Shown piece by piece: positions 41,460 through 52,086 of a stretch of 64,000 nt of DNA. The notes beneath the pieces were generated by a model. That model was not told where the DNA came from. It worked only from the letters and a program-made list of their open reading frames with translations, and searched no databases. How positions within the stretch are numbered: the first letter of the stretch is position 1; each line of letters starts with the position of its first letter. Where the stretch lies: the sequence record DRR723986_5359; one strand, written 5' to 3'. The translations under genes were made by a program, and so were the position numbers.

Positions 41460-42547
41460 TTTTGAAAGATAACAGATGCATTGCAGCCTCCAAATCCGGA
41501 TGCTGTTTTTAAAATGGTGTTGAGTTCTTTTTGTTCCGTTTTTTGCAGTACGTTGATGTTTCTACTGGTTCCTTGCTCCTCAAATCCTGCCGAGGAAATC
41601 ATGGTATTGTTGCGCATTGATTGCAGACAAATGGCGGCTTCAATTACACCTGCTGCACCAAAAGTATGCCCCAAACTGCCTTTTAAACTGTGCAGAGGCG
41701 TGCTGATTAAACCAATTCTATCAAAGGCAATTGATTCCATCTCGTCATTGTAGGCAGTACCTGTACCATGAGCTGAGAGAAAATCAATTTCGTCTGCTTT
41801 AATATTTGCGCGCTGCAATGTTTTTTTAATGGTTCGATAAAGTCCTTCACCAGTTCTTGAAGGACCTGAAATATGATTGGCATCATTGGCTGATGAGCCA
41901 CCCAAAGATTTGAAACAGTTAGATTTGAAAATACCTTTTGAACGACTTAAAATCAGACTTGCAGCTCCTTCACCAAGATTAATGCCTTTACGATTTTTAT
42001 CAAAGGGTTTACAGGGTTCATCACTGATGGCAAAAAATGATTGAAATCCAGCGAGGGTAAACTCTGAAAGCATATCCGCTCCCGCAACAATAACGTGATC
42101 GGCTTGACCTGAATGAATTAAGTCATGAGCTGTAGCTATCGCAAGTACTCCTGAAATGCAAGCGTTCGAAATTAAAAGAGTTTCCGAAATCCAAGGGAAA
42201 TGTCGGACGATTTGATCCTTGAATTTTCCCAAAGCTGCGGCTTCACTTTCTTCGTTGCGTAAAAGTTCGATTTCTCCTTTTGTCGTACTTAAAATAAGTA
42301 TTGTGCGTTCAGATTTCAATTGATCAAATTCAATTGATTTTAGGCTTGTCCTAATGCTGTTAACTGTTTGTTGAACAATCCCGAATCCTTCCAAATCATT
42401 CATGATAGAGATATACAAGGCTTCATTCCGATTACCTGCATTTTCTACTAATTTCAATCCAGTTTTATACTGAGCTAAAGCTTCGAAATTTGCCTCGGCA
42501 GAATCTCCTAAAGGTGAAATAATATTTTCGGCACCGATATATACCAT
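41456..42547 (-). CDS. beta-ketoacyl-ACP synthase (start ATG 42547)
   Basis: SNACISG, SAHGTGT, LGHTF; ATG overlaps the upstream TAA. Confidence 0.9.
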   Translation of the reverse strand: MVYIGAENIISPLGDSAEANFEALAQYKTGLKLVENAGNRNEALYISIMNDLEGFGIVQQTVNSIRTSLKSIEFDQLKSERTILILSTTKGEIELLRNEESEAAALGKFKDQIVRHFPWISETLLISNACISGVLAIATAHDLIHSGQADHVIVAGADMLSEFTLAGFQSFFAISDEPCKPFDKNRKGINLGEGAASLILSRSKGIFKSNCFKSLGGSSANDANHISGPSRTGEGLYRTIKKTLQRANIKADEIDFLSAHGTGTAYNDEMESIAFDRIGLISTPLHSLKGSLGHTFGAAGVIEAAICLQSMRNNTMISSAGFEEQGTSRNINVLQKTEQKELNTILKTASGFGGCNASVIFQK

Positions 42548-42990
42548 TATTCCATTTCTATCCAATTGGTTTCCGTTTTCCATTTGGCATAGAATTCTGG
42601 AATGGTAATTAACAAATTTCTATCTAGAGTGATAAAAGCTTGAATGGTTTTACCTCGTGCAGCAACTTGGCCTGTGTTCAAGTTGACCACTTCGTATTCA
42701 TGAATAATTTTTGCAGCAGGTGAATCTACAAGACGGGTGATAACTTTCACTTTGTGGCCATACTCAACCATGCCCAAATGTTCAATTTCAGATTTAACTA
42801 TCGGAACAAGAATTCCATTATTCGCTATTTTTAGATAGTCGAGGTTATATTCATTACCCAATGACTCTCTTCCGTCTTCAAAAAATTTCAAGTAATTACC
42901 GTGCCATACAATACGCATTGCATCAACTTCACTGAAGCGAATATTAATAACGATTTCGTTTTGGATAAATCTAGGCTTGTGCTTGATCAT
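42547..42990 (-). CDS. acyl-CoA/ACP thioesterase (4HBT family)
   Basis: IRFSEVDAMRIVWHGNYLKFFEDGRE. Confidence 0.9.
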   Translation of the reverse strand: MIKHKPRFIQNEIVINIRFSEVDAMRIVWHGNYLKFFEDGRESLGNEYNLDYLKIANNGILVPIVKSEIEHLGMVEYGHKVKVITRLVDSPAAKIIHEYEVVNLNTGQVAARGKTIQAFITLDRNLLITIPEFYAKWKTETNWIEME

Positions 42991-43402
42991 CAATCACAAT
43001 TTTCATTTCACATTCAGCAATTTGTTCATCTCCAACGAAAGAACTTCCTTTGATTAAGGTAATATTGAAAACTTCACTTTTCATTTCAATTAAAGTTCTC
43101 AGTTGTTCACCAACTTTTGGGTATCGAGAGATTTTCACTTTTGATACTGCTCCTATAAATCCCAAAGGAGGAGTGGCATTTTGTTGTTGATAATAGTATC
43201 CCGCTCTCGCTGCCGCCGATTGTGCAATGTTTTCTATAATTCCTGCTTCTTCCATTTCGTCATTTCTTATGAATAAATTGTTTTCAAGTACTTTGAAATG
43301 AGTAACGGTTTTATGCTCGTCTTGTTCAATAAGTTCGTCAATCATTAGAATAGGACTTCTTTGAGGAACTAGAGATTCAATGTCTTTTTTTTCAATTAGC
43401 AT
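42971..43402 (-). CDS. hotdog-fold dehydratase (ApeP-like; start ATG 43402)
   Basis: LVPQRSP..MID, GIIENIAQSAA, GFIGAV. Confidence 0.85.
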   Translation of the reverse strand: MLIEKKDIESLVPQRSPILMIDELIEQDEHKTVTHFKVLENNLFIRNDEMEEAGIIENIAQSAAARAGYYYQQQNATPPLGFIGAVSKVKISRYPKVGEQLRTLIEMKSEVFNITLIKGSSFVGDEQIAECEMKIVIDDQAQA

Positions 43403-44264
43403 CTTCTTTAAAAAATGGGTGGTAATTAAACCACTGTTCAGGGTTTTCGGTAACTTTTTTCTCAAGTTGATCTACATATTCTTGTGCGATTTCATCAGCA
43501 GATGGATTTACGACCGGCACTGTAGATGTAAAATGATAGTTGAACTTAGCGTTTTTTATCGTAAAAATAAAACTATAATGCGCTTTTAACTTTGAGGCAA
43601 TTTGAAATGGACCATAAGGAAGTTCGACGGTTCTTCCAAATAGCTTCGCTTCAATGGTTTTCGCTCCTTCTAAAAAGCGATCTCCGTGAATGCAGATAAT
43701 TTCACCTCTTTTTACTGCAGCATTTATTTTAAAGATGTGAGATAAATCTTCTTTGATGGGAATGATGTTGAAATGGACTTTCCCTACTTCATCTTGAATG
43801 AGTTTTTTAATTTTTTCACGTTCACCATCAAACATAACCACATTAACTTCTGCATCAACTTTTTTGAGAAAATTTCCTGCAATTTCCCAATTCCCTAAAT
43901 GGGCTGAAATGAGAATAAGCGCTTGGCCTTTTTCGGCAAAAGCTTTGAGACGCTCTTCACCTTCATTCGTGTAAGTGATTTTGTTTTGCTTACCGATTAA
44001 AAAGGCAAATTTATCAACGATAGCCTCACCGATATAGGTGAAGTTTCTTCGAATGGTACGATTAATTTCTGATTTTTTAAGGGTAGGTACTTTCTCGTAA
44101 AAAGTCCGCAAATGATGCTTCGTTTCTTTAGCAAATAGGTAATAATACGTGGTGGGAAAACGTAGAAAAAAATACGCAGTTCTGACTCCAAAAATTTGAA
44201 TCAGGCGAATAAAAATTTTATATCCTAAAGGGGTGCCTTTACTTTTGCCTTTCCAGCTTGACAT
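43392..44264 (-). CDS. LpxL-like lysophospholipid/lipid acyltransferase
   Basis: WKGKSKG, SAHLGNWE, GDR, PEQWFNY. Confidence 0.88.
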   Translation of the reverse strand: MSSWKGKSKGTPLGYKIFIRLIQIFGVRTAYFFLRFPTTYYYLFAKETKHHLRTFYEKVPTLKKSEINRTIRRNFTYIGEAIVDKFAFLIGKQNKITYTNEGEERLKAFAEKGQALILISAHLGNWEIAGNFLKKVDAEVNVVMFDGEREKIKKLIQDEVGKVHFNIIPIKEDLSHIFKINAAVKRGEIICIHGDRFLEGAKTIEAKLFGRTVELPYGPFQIASKLKAHYSFIFTIKNAKFNYHFTSTVPVVNPSADEIAQEYVDQLEKKVTENPEQWFNYHPFFKEDAN

Positions 44265-44281
44265 AGAGGCGATTGAATAAA

Positions 44282-44554
44282 CTAAGCTTCTTCAGTAGGA
44301 GCTTTGTCTTTGTTTTGAACGGCGTTAAAAGTGTAATTATAGAAATCTTCAAAAGTGTGAATATCCATAAAATCTTCTGCGACAACCTTGAATCCAAAGT
44401 TGCTTTCAACAACGACAACTAAATCAACATAATCAAGACTATCTAAATCTAAAGTCTCTCTAAGATTTGCTTCGGGCTTGATTAGGTCTCCATCTACTTC
44501 GAACTCATCAACTAAAAATTCGTTGATTTTTTCTATGATCTCTTCTTTACTCAT
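44282..44554 (-). CDS. acyl carrier protein
   Basis: LDLDSLDYVDL. Confidence 0.92.
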   Translation of the reverse strand: MSKEEIIEKINEFLVDEFEVDGDLIKPEANLRETLDLDSLDYVDLVVVVESNFGFKVVAEDFMDIHTFEDFYNYTFNAVQNKDKAPTEEA

Positions 44555-45773
44555 TTTTCAGTTTTTCTAATATAAGGGTCGAATTTGTTCCACCAAATCC
44601 AAAAGAGTTGGACAGTACAAAATTAAGTTCTTTCTCCGTAGTAGTTGCAATAATATTAAGATTCTTTGAATCTTCGTCCGGATTTTCAAAGTTAATGTTC
44701 GGAGCAATGAAATTATTTTGCATCATAATCAATGAATATACAATCTCGGAAGCCCCCGCCATCCAGCATTCATGACCGGTCATTGACTTGGTTGAGCTCA
44801 CAGGAACTTTGTGCTCACCAAAGACTTCTGAAAGTGCTCTTGCTTCAAATGAATCCCCAACTGGAGTTGATGTGGCATGCGCATTAATATAGTCGATTTG
44901 TCCCGGGTCAATTTCAGCTTGATCCAAAGCCATTTTTAGTGATTTCAACTGTCCTTCTTTATTTGGGCTGGAAATATGATCGCCATTTGACGAAAATCCG
45001 TAGCCTTTGATTTCTGCCAAAATTGTCGCTCCACGCGCGATTGCAGATTCGTAAGATTCTATTATCACTGTTGCTCCACCGCCGCTAGGCACCAAACCGT
45101 CACGGTCTTTATCAAAAGGTCGTGCTGCTTTTGTTGGCTCATCTTCTCTTACAGAAAAAGCGCTTAAACCATCAAAACTTCCAAAAACATATTCGTTCAC
45201 CTCTTGTGCGCCTCCACAAATAATCATGTCTTGAAGACCCATTTTGATTAACAAATAGCCAATTCCTATTGAGTGAGAACCTGATGCGCACGCAGCACTA
45301 ACCGTAAAATTGATTCCTTTCAATTTAAATATGGTTGAAAGGTTCATGGTAACCGTACAGTTCATTGATTGAAAAATCGAACCCGAACCTAATAATGTGG
45401 TATCGCCTTTTTCTTTGATTTTATCAACAGCTTCGGTTACCGCTCTTGCTGATGAATCGTTCCCGTACAAAATTCCTGCTTCAGCTTTTACAAGATCATC
45501 AACAGTTAGGCCTGCATTTTCTAAAGCTTCTTTGGTTGCAACGTAAGCATATTTAGCTTGTTCAGAAAGTTGAATACGCTCTCTTCTGGGCAACTCTTTT
45601 TTTAAATCTGGCTCTTCAATTAAACCAGTTAATCCAGATCTATATCCAAATTCTTTTCTTTTCTGGTCAAGCACAATTCCGCTTTTTCCTTCTTGTAAAG
45701 ATTGTTTTACTTCTTCAAGATTTTTACCTATACAGGAATAGATTCCCATTCCGGTTATTACAACTCTTTTCAT
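44547..45773 (-). CDS. beta-ketoacyl-ACP synthase (FabB/F-like)
   Basis: SAACASG, NAHATST, TGHECW. Confidence 0.92.
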   Translation of the reverse strand: MKRVVITGMGIYSCIGKNLEEVKQSLQEGKSGIVLDQKRKEFGYRSGLTGLIEEPDLKKELPRRERIQLSEQAKYAYVATKEALENAGLTVDDLVKAEAGILYGNDSSARAVTEAVDKIKEKGDTTLLGSGSIFQSMNCTVTMNLSTIFKLKGINFTVSAACASGSHSIGIGYLLIKMGLQDMIICGGAQEVNEYVFGSFDGLSAFSVREDEPTKAARPFDKDRDGLVPSGGGATVIIESYESAIARGATILAEIKGYGFSSNGDHISSPNKEGQLKSLKMALDQAEIDPGQIDYINAHATSTPVGDSFEARALSEVFGEHKVPVSSTKSMTGHECWMAGASEIVYSLIMMQNNFIAPNINFENPDEDSKNLNIIATTTEKELNFVLSNSFGFGGTNSTLILEKLKNE

Positions 45774-45777
45774 ATTA

Positions 45778-46509
45778 CTAAGAATATAATCCTCCGTTAA
45801 TATTAATTATTTCTCCAGTGATATAGCCGGCCTTTTCGGACACTAAAAAGCTCACTAAGTCTGCCACTTCTTGCGGTTCACCAAATCTATTTGCCGGCAC
45901 AAATTTCACCAACTGATCGGCAGGTAAATCTTTGGTCATGTCGGTATTGATAAATCCAGGTGCCACGGCATTTACAGTAATTTTTCTTTTTGCAACCTCT
46001 TGTCCAAGCGCTTTTGTAGCAGCAATCATGCCACCTTTTGCAGCTGAATAATTTACTTGCCCTGCATTACCTTTTGTCCCCGATAATGAAACAACATTCA
46101 CAATTCTTCCCCAACGGTTTCTTTGTAATTTATGAATTAAATGATGCGTTACATTGTAGAATCCTTTCAAGCTAATGTCCACAACGCTATCCCAAGCCTC
46201 TTCTTCCATAAGAGCGAATAAACCATCTTTTGTAATTCCGGCATTATTCACAATGATTTCAATCACTTTATCAGGATTTCTTTCTTGCCAATCACCCAAT
46301 ACTTTTTCAACTTCTGTTTTTATTTCAACATTGAATTGGAGTGCTTCGGCAGATCCGCCTTCAGCTTCAATCATAGCTACTGTTTCATCTGCAGCTGCAG
46401 CATTACGAGCGTAATTTACTAAAACATGATAGCCATGATCTTTGGCAATTGTTTTGGCAATTTCTCTTCCAATTCCTCTTGATCCTCCAGTTACTAAAGC
46501 GTATTTCAT
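45778..46509 (-). CDS. fabG: 3-oxoacyl-ACP reductase (cluster KR)
   Basis: TGGSRGIG, NNAG, YSAAK. Confidence 0.9.
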   Translation of the reverse strand: MKYALVTGGSRGIGREIAKTIAKDHGYHVLVNYARNAAAADETVAMIEAEGGSAEALQFNVEIKTEVEKVLGDWQERNPDKVIEIIVNNAGITKDGLFALMEEEAWDSVVDISLKGFYNVTHHLIHKLQRNRWGRIVNVVSLSGTKGNAGQVNYSAAKGGMIAATKALGQEVAKRKITVNAVAPGFINTDMTKDLPADQLVKFVPANRFGEPQEVADLVSFLVSEKAGYITGEIININGGLYS

Positions 46510-46510
46510 T

Positions 46511-48034
46511 TTAATTATATTGGGTTAGGTTGTTCATTAAATAATCATTCACCCGGATAATTTTTTCAAATCCAGGTTCGTCCGCATCAATTCCTTTAGC
46601 CAGTTTACTGATGTCGTTAAATATTCTTAATGACTCAGAACCGATTTTATCTTGGCAATTCATAATGTCAATGGCTTGTACGATTGAAATCAATTCGATT
46701 GACAGTACTTGAAAAGCGTTTTCTATCACTTTGTCAGCCATGAGAGCAGAGTTTGTCCCCATACTCACGATATCTTGATTATCGTTGTTGCATGAAATTG
46801 AATGCACGTAATTCGGGAAGGATAAACTTTGATTTTCAGCTGTGGTGGAAGTTGCAGCAAATTGCATTCCTTGCAAACCAAAATTTAATCCCAATGTACC
46901 TTTATTTAAAAAGGGCGGAAATTTTTCGTTCAACCGGGCATTCAATAAATAATTCAGCTGACGTTCCATTAACATAGTCAATTTAGTGACCGCAATTTTT
47001 AATTTATCCATCTCAAAAGAAACGTAATCTCCGTGGAAGTTACCTCCGTGATAGACATTGCTCGTTTCCATATCTGTTATTGGATTATCATTGGCTGAAT
47101 TGACTTCATCCACAACGATTTCCTGTGCATAATCAATGGTGTCCATGATAGGTCCAATAATTTGAGGAACGCATCTTATGCTATAGTACTCTTGTACTTT
47201 TTCTTCAAATTTTTCAGCCGCAATACCTTCTCCACCAAATAAGTGATCTTCTCTCTTTTTAATCAGTTTACTATCTGTTAAAAACGAGCGCATAGCGCTG
47301 GCTACATTTTGCTGTCCTTTATGTTTTTTTACCGAATTTAATTCTGCCGAGAACGAATCGTCATAAGATGAAATAAGTTCATTAATCATGGCAGACAATT
47401 TGATCGACCAGTTAACTAGAGCCTTTGATTTATAGATATTCAATAAGGCTATTCCTGACATACATGATGTACCATTAATAAGGGCTAATCCATCTCTTAA
47501 CTTCAAGTCAAGTGGTGTGATTCCTTTTTGTTTAATGATTTCGGCAGTCTTAACTCTTTCTCCATTATGATAAGAATATCCTTCACCAATTAAACCTAAA
47601 GCGAGATGAGCTAATTGAACGAGGTCACCACTTGCACCTACACCACCGTGTTGAAATACTTCAGGATAGATGTCATTATTAATATAAGTTTCTAGGGTGT
47701 TAATCACGCCAATGCTCACACCAGATTTAGCTAACGAAAGCGAATTTAATCGGCATATCATTAGGGCTCTTGTTTGTACTTCTGACAGTGGCTCACCCAT
47801 TCCACTTGAGTGACTTCTTACCAAATTGTACTGAAGGTTTTTTAAATCTGAAGATGCAATTTTATATTGCGCCATTGGCCCAAAGCCAGTATTAATTCCA
47901 TAAATCACCTTATCGTCAGAAAATGATAAAAGAAAATTAAAAGTCTCTTCTATTTTTTTCTTTTGATCCGCAGAAACTGTGAAGTCACTTTGTTTTAGAA
48001 TTGCGGCGATTAATTGGTCAAAATTTTTTGTCAT
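46511..48034 (-). CDS. aromatic amino acid ammonia-lyase, probably tyrosine ammonia-lyase (FjTAL-like)
   Basis: IYGINTGFGPMAQY, QYNLVRSHSSG, MIO motif GASGDL, KVQEYYSIRC; closely resembles F. johnsoniae TAL as I recall it. Confidence 0.88.
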   Translation of the reverse strand: MTKNFDQLIAAILKQSDFTVSADQKKKIEETFNFLLSFSDDKVIYGINTGFGPMAQYKIASSDLKNLQYNLVRSHSSGMGEPLSEVQTRALMICRLNSLSLAKSGVSIGVINTLETYINNDIYPEVFQHGGVGASGDLVQLAHLALGLIGEGYSYHNGERVKTAEIIKQKGITPLDLKLRDGLALINGTSCMSGIALLNIYKSKALVNWSIKLSAMINELISSYDDSFSAELNSVKKHKGQQNVASAMRSFLTDSKLIKKREDHLFGGEGIAAEKFEEKVQEYYSIRCVPQIIGPIMDTIDYAQEIVVDEVNSANDNPITDMETSNVYHGGNFHGDYVSFEMDKLKIAVTKLTMLMERQLNYLLNARLNEKFPPFLNKGTLGLNFGLQGMQFAATSTTAENQSLSFPNYVHSISCNNDNQDIVSMGTNSALMADKVIENAFQVLSIELISIVQAIDIMNCQDKIGSESLRIFNDISKLAKGIDADEPGFEKIIRVNDYLMNNLTQYN

Positions 48035-48069
48035 GTTATCTGGTGACTAGGGTAAAAAAATACAATTGG

Positions 48070-48077
48070 CAAAGATA
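48070..48077 (-). promoter_or_regulatory. -7 box for the TAL-KS operon
   Basis: TATCTTTG on - strand, 35 nt before the ATG. Confidence 0.6.
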
Positions 48078-48267
48078 GTAAAATTTATTAGCGATTGGTC
48101 AAATTTGAGTGGCCCTTAAAGCTGCCATCCATATGACTTTAATCGACTTAGCAATGCAGAGGCTTTGGTCCTGATTCGCAACTTGACATATTTCTAATCA
48201 GGCTCAGTAATTAAGAATGAATTATATTTGTTCAAATTATCCAAAAGCACTTGGATTTGACTTATCA

Positions 48268-51200
48268 ATGAATAAAATAACTTCTGCCTGGTTTAAATTT
48301 TGGAAAGCTAAAAAACTATTCTTTTTAGCCCTTTTGGCTGTTGTTGTATCTGCCTTAGTATTTAGCACGAAGAATTTAGTTGTATATGAAGATATATCTA
48401 AAACTCTTCCCGAATCTGAAGGCTTTCAAAAGTTAGCGGATATTTTTAAGCACAAAGGGATTAACAGTGCTGTTTATTTTTCAATTGAACCTCCTGAAGC
48501 TTTATCGACAGAAGAACTAATTTCTTTGGGGGAAGATTTTACAGAGGACTTAAGTGAATTGTGCTCGGCGCAATTGAAAAATATCAAGTTCCAACTTGAA
48601 TCAGATGAATTGACTATTTACGACTTTGTAGATGAACGAATTCCATACTATTTATCTGAAGCCGATTACACTTCATATGCTGAAAGACTGCACTATGATA
48701 GCATCAACGCTCAAATTATTGCTAATCATCAAAGATTATTCACACCGGAAGGCTTTTTTCTAAAACGCTTTTTAATGGCCGACCCTTTGAGTATTACCGC
48801 TAGAGGCCTCAAAGGATTTGAGAAGGCTCAGGGGGATAACAGTTTTGTTGTTGAGGATGGTGTTTTCTTAATGCCGGATAAAAAGAGTTTGTTCATATCT
48901 GCAGAATTGACTGATCAAGTTTCTGATGCAAAGTCCAAAGAACAATTAGCTGAAATTTTTGAAGAAATAAAATCGAAATGGAGTAGTAGTTATACAGTAG
49001 AATATTTTTCGAGTTTTTTAGTTGCTAATGAGAATTCCAAACAAGTTAAAAAGGATACGCAGCTGACCCTCTGGGTTTCTCTTTGTGCAATTATCACCTT
49101 ATTGGTTCTGTATTACAGAAGCGTAGTCTTGCCATTGTTTTTCGTAGTTCCTGCGGTTTTAGGATTACTTTTTGCGATCGCCATGATTGCTTTATTCAAA
49201 GGTGAAATATCTGCCATTTCCATTGGAGCAGGAGCAATTGTTTTGGGAATCATCATGGATTATTCATTCCATTTTTTCACCCATTTAAAGCATAGCAACT
49301 CTATTCATGAAACCATTAAAGATGTTACTGCTCCACTATTAACAGGATGTCTAACCACTGTTCTTGCGTTTCTTGCCTTAATTTTCACGAATTCTCCGGT
49401 GCTTCAAGATTTCGGTCTATTTTCTTCCTTCAGTTTAATTGGTGCTGCCCTCGCTGTGTTGTTCGTATTGCCAGTTGTATTACCAAAGAAACTAGAACAA
49501 AAATGGAAAGAACATCCAGAGCGAAAGTTTAGCTTTAAAATTCCTCAATCCGTAAAGGTAGCACTCGGTGTTTTTATTCTCGGCTTTACTGTAATTGCCT
49601 TAATTTATGCCAAAGATATTCAGTTTGATGATGATTTAATGAACTTAAATTATTACCCAGAGAACCTAAAAGAATCTGAGAAAAAGTTCAATAACATTGA
49701 CCCAAACAATGAGAAAAGGGTATTTATTATTTCTGAGGCAGAGACTAAAGATAAGGCTGCCGAACTCAATTATAAGGTTTACTCAAATTTACGAAGTCTT
49801 CAAGACAGGAATAAAATCTCTGGATTTTTGAATACGGGAATATTTGAGGTGCCAGAAGTTGAACAACAACAAAAATTGCAAAAATGGAACGCATTCTGGA
49901 AATCTAAATCCATTTCACTTTCAAATCAATTAGATTCTTTAGAAGAAGTATTGGGTTATTATGAAAATACTTTTGATGATTTTAAGTCTAAGATCAATGG
50001 GGATTATCAAATCGATCAAGATTCAAAGACTTTTCCAGTTGGATCTGCTGATCTTGAAAAGTTGATTGATTCTTCAAATGGGACATGGAAATACATCTCT
50101 TATTTAACGGTGAGCACCGATTTAAAAAGTGAGGTCATTGAAGAATTGGAGTCCAATGATTTAGGGAGCTATATAGTTGATCGTGGCGAAATTGCGGGTT
50201 CTCTTATTAAAACCGTACAAGATGACTTCAATTATATATTGATCACTTCATCTTTATTGGTTTTTGGATGTTTGCTAATTGTTTACGGAAGAATTGAGTT
50301 AGCGTTGATTACTTTTCTGCCAATGATATTAAGTTGGATTTGGATTTTGGGCTTAGCCGCCTTACTTGGTATAAAATTCAATTTTGTGAACATTATTATT
50401 TCAACATTTATTTTTGGTTTAGGAGATGATTTTGCAATTTTCATCACAGACGGGTATGTCAGTAAATTTGCTCGGAACAAAGACGTCATAAAGCCATATC
50501 GTAGGGGAATATTATTGTCAGCAACCACAACAATTATTGGTACCGGAGTATTGATATTTGCAAAACACCCTGCAATTAACTCTATTGCTTTAATTGCAGT
50601 GATAGGTATGTTGGCCATTTTATTTATTTCATTTACCGTGCAGCCTTATTTGTTAAGGAAAGGATTAACTGAGCGCAAAGAAAAAGGCTTGCCACCAGTT
50701 TCAATGGTGAATTTTTTATCCTCACTATTTTCATTCGGCTTTTTTGTGGGTGGATGTTTGGCACTTTATCCTATTCAAATAGTTTTTAGATTGATACCTT
50801 TCGGTCAAAAGAAACTGAAGTTGATTTATCATCACATGATTCGAATTTTTGCTTGGTTATTGGTTCATTCAATGGTTAATGTGCGAAAAAAATTCATTGG
50901 AAAAGAGCATTTGAACTTTGATGAACCAAGCGTAATTATTGCTAATCATCAATCGTTTATAGATGTGATTGTGATGATGAGTTTGCATCCTAAAGTTTTG
51001 ATTTTAACCAACGATTGGGTCTATAATTCGCCATTTTTTGGAGCGCAAATTAGGTACCTTGGATTCTTGCCCGGTTCGCAAGGAGTTGAAAGTAATTTAG
51101 AAAAACTAAAACCTTGGGTTGAAGAAGGCTATTCGATAGTTGTTTTTCCTGAAGGTACTCGATCAAGAGATAAGAAAATAGGTAGATTCCATAAAGGGGC

Positions 51201-52083
51201 TTTCTTTTTGGCAAAGGAATTCAATCTTGATATAACTCCAATTATTCTTCATGGTTATAATGATACCATGCGAAAAAATGATTTTGTTTTGCTCAACGGT
51301 ACGTTGAACACTGCTGTACTTCCAAGAATTTCAAAAGATGATTTGACTTATGGAGAAAGCTATAAAGAAAGGTGTAAAGGGATATCAACTTATTTTAAAG
51401 CTGAATTTAAAAAGTTCGATCTTGAACATTCTGATAGTAAATATTTGCAACCGAAAATCATCAGTAATTACATTTACAAATCACCTTTTACAGAATGGTA
51501 TGTGAAGGTGAAGTGGATGTTTGAAAGAAAGAATTTTGATTATTATCATTCAATTATTCCTGTAAGTGGAAAAGTTTTGGATTTAGGATGTGGATACGGT
51601 TATCTTTCTTATTATCTTCAAAATCGTGCAAATGACAGAGAGATTTTAGGAGTAGATTATGATGAGGATAAGATTGAAATAGCCAATAATTGTTATTCTA
51701 AAAATGATCAGATCAATTTTGTTGCAAAGGATATTAGGAAGTTAGAGATTTCGAATGCAGTTGCTGTGTTTTTAAATGACGTGGTACACTATTTACCTGC
51801 AGAGGACCACGAGCCCTTGCTTCAAAAATGTTTAGACGGAATAGAAGATGGCGGGGTTTTAATTGTTAGAGATGGGGTTACAGATTTAGGAGATCGCCAT
51901 AAAAAAACAGAACTGACAGAGAAATATTCAACCCAAATTATTGGGTTCAATAAAGTATCTAATGGGCTCTGCTTTTTTTCTAAAGAATTTATTGAGAAAT
52001 TTGCACTGAAAAATGGACTTACTTGTGAGATTAAAGAACAATCAAGTAAAACATCCAACATATTATTTATTATAAAAAAGTAA
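48268..52083 (+). CDS. MMPL/RND transporter - LPLAT acyltransferase - SAM methyltransferase fusion (start probably ATG 48268)
   Basis: GIIMDYSFH and GLGDDFAIF MMPL repeats; ANHQSFID and FPEGTRS; VLDLGCGYG; -7 box TATATTTG at 48223. Confidence 0.88.
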   Translation: MNKITSAWFKFWKAKKLFFLALLAVVVSALVFSTKNLVVYEDISKTLPESEGFQKLADIFKHKGINSAVYFSIEPPEALSTEELISLGEDFTEDLSELCSAQLKNIKFQLESDELTIYDFVDERIPYYLSEADYTSYAERLHYDSINAQIIANHQRLFTPEGFFLKRFLMADPLSITARGLKGFEKAQGDNSFVVEDGVFLMPDKKSLFISAELTDQVSDAKSKEQLAEIFEEIKSKWSSSYTVEYFSSFLVANENSKQVKKDTQLTLWVSLCAIITLLVLYYRSVVLPLFFVVPAVLGLLFAIAMIALFKGEISAISIGAGAIVLGIIMDYSFHFFTHLKHSNSIHETIKDVTAPLLTGCLTTVLAFLALIFTNSPVLQDFGLFSSFSLIGAALAVLFVLPVVLPKKLEQKWKEHPERKFSFKIPQSVKVALGVFILGFTVIALIYAKDIQFDDDLMNLNYYPENLKESEKKFNNIDPNNEKRVFIISEAETKDKAAELNYKVYSNLRSLQDRNKISGFLNTGIFEVPEVEQQQKLQKWNAFWKSKSISLSNQLDSLEEVLGYYENTFDDFKSKINGDYQIDQDSKTFPVGSADLEKLIDSSNGTWKYISYLTVSTDLKSEVIEELESNDLGSYIVDRGEIAGSLIKTVQDDFNYILITSSLLVFGCLLIVYGRIELALITFLPMILSWIWILGLAALLGIKFNFVNIIISTFIFGLGDDFAIFITDGYVSKFARNKDVIKPYRRGILLSATTTIIGTGVLIFAKHPAINSIALIAVIGMLAILFISFTVQPYLLRKGLTERKEKGLPPVSMVNFLSSLFSFGFFVGGCLALYPIQIVFRLIPFGQKKLKLIYHHMIRIFAWLLVHSMVNVRKKFIGKEHLNFDEPSVIIANHQSFIDVIVMMSLHPKVLILTNDWVYNSPFFGAQIRYLGFLPGSQGVESNLEKLKPWVEEGYSIVVFPEGTRSRDKKIGRFHKGAFFLAKEFNLDITPIILHGYNDTMRKNDFVLLNGTLNTAVLPRISKDDLTYGESYKERCKGISTYFKAEFKKFDLEHSDSKYLQPKIISNYIYKSPFTEWYVKVKWMFERKNFDYYHSIIPVSGKVLDLGCGYGYLSYYLQNRANDREILGVDYDEDKIEIANNCYSKNDQINFVAKDIRKLEISNAVAVFLNDVVHYLPAEDHEPLLQKCLDGIEDGGVLIVRDGVTDLGDRHKKTELTEKYSTQIIGFNKVSNGLCFFSKEFIEKFALKNGLTCEIKEQSSKTSNILFIIKK

Positions 52084-52086
52084 GTC

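Noticed and set aside
48170-48202. CCTGATT...AATCAGG inverted repeat in the divergent promoter region of the cluster
   Set aside because: Only 7-bp arms with a long spacer and not repeated at the other cluster promoters; it cannot be distinguished from chance.
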